Origin: Patescibacteria group bacterium
GTDB taxonomy: Bacteria > Patescibacteriota > Patescibacteriia > UBA10025 > JAHIVO01
Assembly: GCA_049325535.1 (NCBI GenBank)
Contig: JBMOKY010000001.1
Location: 685,942-749,941 of the forward strand
Direction: 5' to 3'
DNA length: 64,000 nt
Both the position numbers and the translations under genes were made by a program. The first letter of the stretch is position 1, and every line of letters begins with the position of its first letter. Of the stretch, positions 59,913 to 64,000 are shown one piece after another. Below the pieces are notes generated by a model that was not told where the DNA came from, made no database searches, and saw only the letters and a program-made list of their open reading frames with translations.

Positions 59913-61274
59913 CTAATTATGTATCGTTGGATCGGCAAAACCCCGGTGGATTCGAATCAGTTTACCGGAATTTTTATTTGGTACGGGTGATTCCCATCGT
60001 ACCTGCACCGACGGTGCAGCACATCCAAACCGCATAAACGTACGCTGGATATTCAAACGAACCGCATCGGCAATACGATCATCACCCCGAGGTGCTAGCC
60101 GTACCGTGAACTTCTCCGGCTGATCCTGGATCACCTGATAATCCGTAATGGCGTCACTGGCGGTGATGACGCTTCGGCGAATATAATCAGGAAAAATTGG
60201 CTGCCATCGATTATCTCGGATTCGTCGCGCCCAGAGCATATCGTCACTTCTCCCCTGTATTTGTGTAATTACGCGAAATGCCGAACCGCACGCACACCGA
60301 TGTGGGCTGATGGTTATGATATCGTTTAATGCATACCGAATGATGGGAACTGACATCTTATGCAAATCAGTAACTACCAAGCGGTGACACGGTTCTCCAG
60401 CGGCAGTCGGCCGTCCACTGGCGTCTAACGTTTCCACGGCCACCAAATCTTCATTGATATGGAGCGAGCCGACGCGGCACGACATAGCGATGGCACCCTC
60501 CGTTGCCTTATAAATCTCATGCACCTCGGCACGAAACACTCGCTGGAGATATTCCCGATCCTCTGGATACAGCACTTCCGCATAAGAAATAAGTCGTTTG
60601 GGCCGCGCAGTAAGCTTTCCCTGTGCTGCCTGCTGCGCCAATAATTTGAGCATCGACGCCGGTCCGGAAATCACATTTGGATGGAGGTTATTTATTTGAA
60701 AAATCATTTCATCGAGCGGCCGCAGCTGATCGACATACGTCAGCCGGTGACCGAACCGATTCAAACTAAATGCCGGTGTCGATACGCGCAGAATAAAAGC
60801 GAGATTCATTTTTTCACCTGGGATAAACGGAAACCGGGCTAAAAATGCCGTACGCAGGTATCGTTCTTCGTGAGGAGACGTAATCTCAACACCCTTGTTC
60901 CCGCTGGTACCTGACGACATGCCAATCGTGAGTCCACGATACCGGCGAGTAAAGTCTCGACTGCGCTCTACATCGGCGCAAAATTGAAACACCTCTTCTC
61001 TACTGAGACCAAGGGTATTCGCCTGCGACAGCGCATCAATTAATAATTTTTTATTGATTATCGGCAATCGCCATACGTCGTTCAGATCATGTCCCGCGTA
61101 AAGATCCCGATACAAAGGCGCCCGCCGCACCGCATATTTGACGATCTGCCGCAGACGATGATCCTGATAGCGTTTTAGGTCAGCAGTCGACCATACGCGG
61201 AACCGCCTCCGCACCAATACAAACCATAGTGGCAAAACATATGTGTCAGGATCTGTGCGTAATTCAGCTATCAT
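59913..61274 (-). CDS. adenylate-forming enzyme, phenylacetate-CoA ligase / CapK / F390-synthetase family
   Basis: GMSSGTSGNKG (the AMP-binding P-loop equivalent). Its length and motif spacing fit the PaaK/CapK family. Its stop lies 13 nt upstream of the membrane acyltransferase-like gene. Confidence 0.58.
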   Translation of the reverse strand: MIAELRTDPDTYVLPLWFVLVRRRFRVWSTADLKRYQDHRLRQIVKYAVRRAPLYRDLYAGHDLNDVWRLPIINKKLLIDALSQANTLGLSREEVFQFCADVERSRDFTRRYRGLTIGMSSGTSGNKGVEITSPHEERYLRTAFLARFPFIPGEKMNLAFILRVSTPAFSLNRFGHRLTYVDQLRPLDEMIFQINNLHPNVISGPASMLKLLAQQAAQGKLTARPKRLISYAEVLYPEDREYLQRVFRAEVHEIYKATEGAIAMSCRVGSLHINEDLVAVETLDASGRPTAAGEPCHRLVVTDLHKMSVPIIRYALNDIITISPHRCACGSAFRVITQIQGRSDDMLWARRIRDNRWQPIFPDYIRRSVITASDAITDYQVIQDQPEKFTVRLAPRGDDRIADAVRLNIQRTFMRFGCAAPSVQVRWESPVPNKNSGKLIRIHRGFADPTIHN

Positions 61275-61317
61275 ACATTATACATTTTTTCTGCTTTCGT
61301 ACCAAAATAGATCGAGC

Positions 61318-62286
61318 CTATGACACAGAGACCGCTGAAGAATTCGGATGTTCTGACCGGATTGCACTCACCCAACGCTCGACGACGTCTTTTCGCAGGA
61401 TTCTTTCCTCTGCCATCTGACGCAGCCGGGCCATCGCGTCGGCTTCCGTCATCGATGGCTGGTACCGGCGCGCACCGACCATGGATTGATATATATCGGT
61501 GACATGCAGTAATTCCGCCGCGGTTACCGGTAGCGTCCGCTCTTCATTGCTGACCTGATAATGCACTTCTGAATCAGCGCGATAATTATGATGCGTACCG
61601 GCCAAAGCGGCAACTAAATTGCGATCGGGTATTTCCGTGCCACTAATGATCTCCTGCGATGCCGCTTCATGGCGTTTCAGCGCCTCGAGAAAAGTCATCT
61701 GCATATCCAGTCCGCTACTGATGATTTCTGCTTGTGCCGACGGATTGGCGCGGTATAAAAAAGCTAACGGAATGAGATCACGATGATCCAGCCCGGCAAT
61801 CGTCGCCTCGCTTAATTCTTCCACGGTCCGCTTCCCCGATAAAAGTCCCTTTGCCCGCAGCAATTCATTCGCTCGCTCGGGCTGTTCATGGCAAAAATCT
61901 ATAAATAGACCACGCAAATCGTCATGCTGCAGATTACTTTTCAGGATACAATCCGGCAGCGTCAATTTGCCGACGTCGTGCAGCGCAGTGGCCCGAATCA
62001 TGGCAGGATAGCTGATGCCATCCTGCTGCAATTCTTCGGCAAATGCTGGCCACACGCGATGCACCAATTCTGTGACTGCCAGGGAATGCTCATGGGTCAC
62101 CTGATCCTTTGCTGCTATCCGCTCCAGCAATGCCCGTTCTTCTGGCCCAATCACTTCTCGCGCTTGTTCCGGCAAATGGTCAAATAGTACTTGGGCCTCG
62201 ATTGAATCAACATTCGGATCGGTGTCGATGGCCACCCGTTCGGCATCGACATCGGACTGTGGTGCGCGCTCCCATGTTTCTCTCAT
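61318..62286 (-). CDS. HD-domain phosphohydrolase
   Basis: H...HD(V/I)GK metal-binding motif (TALHDVGKL). It lacks the HD-GYP signature. Confidence 0.6.
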   Translation of the reverse strand: MRETWERAPQSDVDAERVAIDTDPNVDSIEAQVLFDHLPEQAREVIGPEERALLERIAAKDQVTHEHSLAVTELVHRVWPAFAEELQQDGISYPAMIRATALHDVGKLTLPDCILKSNLQHDDLRGLFIDFCHEQPERANELLRAKGLLSGKRTVEELSEATIAGLDHRDLIPLAFLYRANPSAQAEIISSGLDMQMTFLEALKRHEAASQEIISGTEIPDRNLVAALAGTHHNYRADSEVHYQVSNEERTLPVTAAELLHVTDIYQSMVGARRYQPSMTEADAMARLRQMAEERILRKDVVERWVSAIRSEHPNSSAVSVS

Positions 62287-62371
62287 ATTCGTAGCATAAT
62301 ACTCTCTAGCTCAAGTATGTTCCTGATTCGACAAAAAATCAATCGGCCAAGCGCCATATATACGCGCTTCC

Positions 62372-62923
62372 TTACGTCCGTGGCATTACCTCGGATAGTA
62401 TCCGCCGCACTTCGTCCACGGCATACCCCTTCTGCCCGAGAAAGGTAAATAGCTTCTGGTGTATTTGATATGCTTGTTTTTTTGAGGGATATTTTTCCCG
62501 CAACCGCTCCAGTTTTCGTTTTGTCTCGCGGATAATTGCAGTGTAATCCTGCTTCATACCCTCTGACTGCCACTCACGCAATACATCTTCAATGATCTGC
62601 TTGGGAATTAACCGGTGATGCATTTTTTGCCTCATGCGGTGGATGCCGTCTTTCCGGTCACGCAGCTGGCGCAGAACCCCTTCCGCATACCGACGGTCGT
62701 CGATCAAACCGACGGCTTTCAATTCATTGATCACCCGCTGAACATGTTCCGTTGTGTAAAATAAATACCTCTTGGTACGAGGGTAACGGCGCTTCAAGTC
62801 AGTCACTTTTTGCAGTAATTTTTTTTCCGAAAAACTTTGCCGCGATAGATAGTCAACAATCTTTTCTTTGATATGCTGGAAATCCTCGGCGGATGGCCCG
62901 ATGGTCGAAGCGCGGTCAGTCAT
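62372..62923 (-). CDS. recX: RecX-like regulatory protein
   Basis: Three-repeat helical pattern matching RecX: YLSRQSFSEKKLLQKV, GLIDDRRYAEGVL and KGYAVDEVRRIL. No recA is found upstream. The ORF track starts at 62974. Confidence 0.5.
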   Translation of the reverse strand: MTDRASTIGPSAEDFQHIKEKIVDYLSRQSFSEKKLLQKVTDLKRRYPRTKRYLFYTTEHVQRVINELKAVGLIDDRRYAEGVLRQLRDRKDGIHRMRQKMHHRLIPKQIIEDVLREWQSEGMKQDYTAIIRETKRKLERLREKYPSKKQAYQIHQKLFTFLGQKGYAVDEVRRILSEVMPRT

Positions 62924-63704
62924 GGTATCGTGCCAAAAATGCTTCGCGGGAGATGGCGCCAAATTGCACATCACCAGCCTCGACTGACCGTCGGTAGGTA
63001 TCCCCCCGGGCGTCGCTGGCCATATTCAGTACCGACGTGATTTGCTCCTGAGAAATGGGTACATCGGAAAATTTTTCAAAACCGAGGCGATCGGTCACCG
63101 GGTGCGACATCATCCAGGACACGGCCACCACCGCTTTTATTTCCGGACGCTCACGGATATGCGCCGCGATTTGGCGGAATGTGTGCAGGATATCTTTGAT
63201 CCCCGACGGCTGATCACCCTCCCGCGGCCAGCCGATTTCCACAACCGGATCCCCCAAAGCAACGTGTATGCCGTCACTGGTCGTGCATTCCCACTCCGAC
63301 GGCAGTCGAGTGAGCTTAAAAAAACCGACATAGGTCTCCTCTACTCGGCGCGCAGCTTCACGCGCGTCAGCCCGGGCACGGGTGTCAGCATCAAAAAACC
63401 GGTCATGATTGAACGGCTCAACCAGCGAATACATTTTTTCCACAAAATCGTCGCGATCAGTATACATCAGCACCAGCAGGTCTTGTTTGAACTGAGCAAC
63501 TCGCTTTTCACCAAATATATCCTCAGCGGCAACAAAAGAATCGGCATCGTCAAGAATCAACTGCTGCGGACTGACCCCTCGCTCCAGCGCCTCGTCATAC
63601 AGTTTTGCCAGCTCTGATCGCGCATGTTCATCACGTTGACGGTACTGACGATCGAGCTCAGCCTCTAATTCTGGGCTATATATTGATTCACCGGATTCGG
63701 GCAT
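62916..63704 (-). CDS. hypothetical protein (262 aa) at the position where recA would be expected
   Basis: No P-loop. Acidic and helical N-terminus. Its stop lies 2 nt before the recX-like start. Confidence 0.5.
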   Translation of the reverse strand: MPESGESIYSPELEAELDRQYRQRDEHARSELAKLYDEALERGVSPQQLILDDADSFVAAEDIFGEKRVAQFKQDLLVLMYTDRDDFVEKMYSLVEPFNHDRFFDADTRARADAREAARRVEETYVGFFKLTRLPSEWECTTSDGIHVALGDPVVEIGWPREGDQPSGIKDILHTFRQIAAHIRERPEIKAVVAVSWMMSHPVTDRLGFEKFSDVPISQEQITSVLNMASDARGDTYRRSVEAGDVQFGAISREAFLARYHD

Positions 63705-63769
63705 AGGTTAATTCCATTGTCCTCCGATCAATAAAAAAAATCAATGCCCGCGCTTATGCGGAATGACGA

Positions 63770-63798
63770 TTGACAAACTACTTAGTTGCCAGTATATT
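63770..63798 (+). promoter_or_regulatory. sigma-70-type promoter TTGACA-N17-TATATT
   Basis: It lies about 55 nt upstream of the typA ATG. Confidence 0.5.
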
Positions 63799-63851
63799 GA
63801 ATCGCATATATCAAGGTTTGTGGACGCAAACTTTATTTTTTTACTAATACC

Positions 63852-64000
63852 ATGAAGTACCGAGAAACGAGAAATATCGCTATCATCGCCCACGTCGACC
63901 ACGGTAAAACGACGCTGGTCGATGCCATGATGTCGCAAACCGGCATGGTGGAACCAGGCGTCAGCATGGATTCGAATACGCTAGAACAGGAACGCGGCAT
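63852..64000 (+). CDS. typA: translational GTPase TypA/BipA (5' partial, runs off the window)
   Basis: [27 protein letters not shown] is the G1 motif in TypA context. Confidence 0.8.
   Translation, partial: MKYRETRNIAIIAHVDHGKTTLVDAMMSQTGMVEPGVSMDSNTLEQERG

Overview
The window is gene-dense (about 70 CDS, GC about 53%) and looks like a small, streamlined bacterial genome, probably from the Candidate Phyla Radiation (Patescibacteria). The gene content supporting this is a minimal translation and replication core plus DUF3048 and GIY-YIG paralogs and many hypothetical membrane proteins or lipoproteins. TGA is a genuine stop codon here.

Identified housekeeping genes, in order along the window:
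- rpmG (L33, not in the ORF track) followed by a tRNA-Thr(UGU) / tRNA-Tyr(GUA) / tRNA-Thr(GGU) cluster.
- rpsB-tsf, rpmE-prfA-prmC, rplY, a SEDS gene (ftsW/rodA), dnaE, thrS, miaB, miaA, hpf, a pyrD-like gene and gatB.
- A dTTP-synthesis set: tmk-folA-thyA, and dut, a P-loop kinase and a dCMP deaminase.
- secE-nusG-rplK-[inserted membrane gene]-rplA, then gyrB, pheST, a UvrD-like helicase-nuclease, a sigma-70 factor, a DEAD-box helicase, pepD and a partial typA.

Main hunt results:
1. A structured 276-nt GC-rich intergenic RNA right after thrS. Its 5' end closely matches the tmRNA tRNA-like domain (GGGGCAG-UCGGGCAAUCGACGGG), and the acceptor stem pairs with a G3:U70 wobble.
2. An RNase P RNA candidate, about 345 nt, on the minus strand at 49.9-50.3 kb. 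It has GGGCAGG, GGGAAAC, CAGUGAG..GGCCUA..ACAGA..GAACCGGCGAUCGG blocks and a P4 helix with a bulged U.
3. An M50-type metalloprotease gene preceded, in the same frame, by a 19-codon ORF with an excellent Shine-Dalgarno and separated from it by a single TGA that falls inside a predicted TM helix.
4. A 333-aa internally duplicated membrane protein translationally embedded between rplK and rplA.
5. A 21-bp direct repeat duplicating the thyA RBS and start codon, plus a nested-hairpin element between thyA and folA.
6. A protein with two zinc ribbons, an RGG-rich N-terminus and a Lys-rich tail, encoded just downstream of the DEAD-box helicase.
7. A recurring promoter architecture, TTGACA-N17-TATACT.

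No CRISPR array, transposase, integrase, reverse transcriptase or recognisable defence island was seen. The ncRNA calls come from reading the sequence by eye and need covariance-model confirmation.
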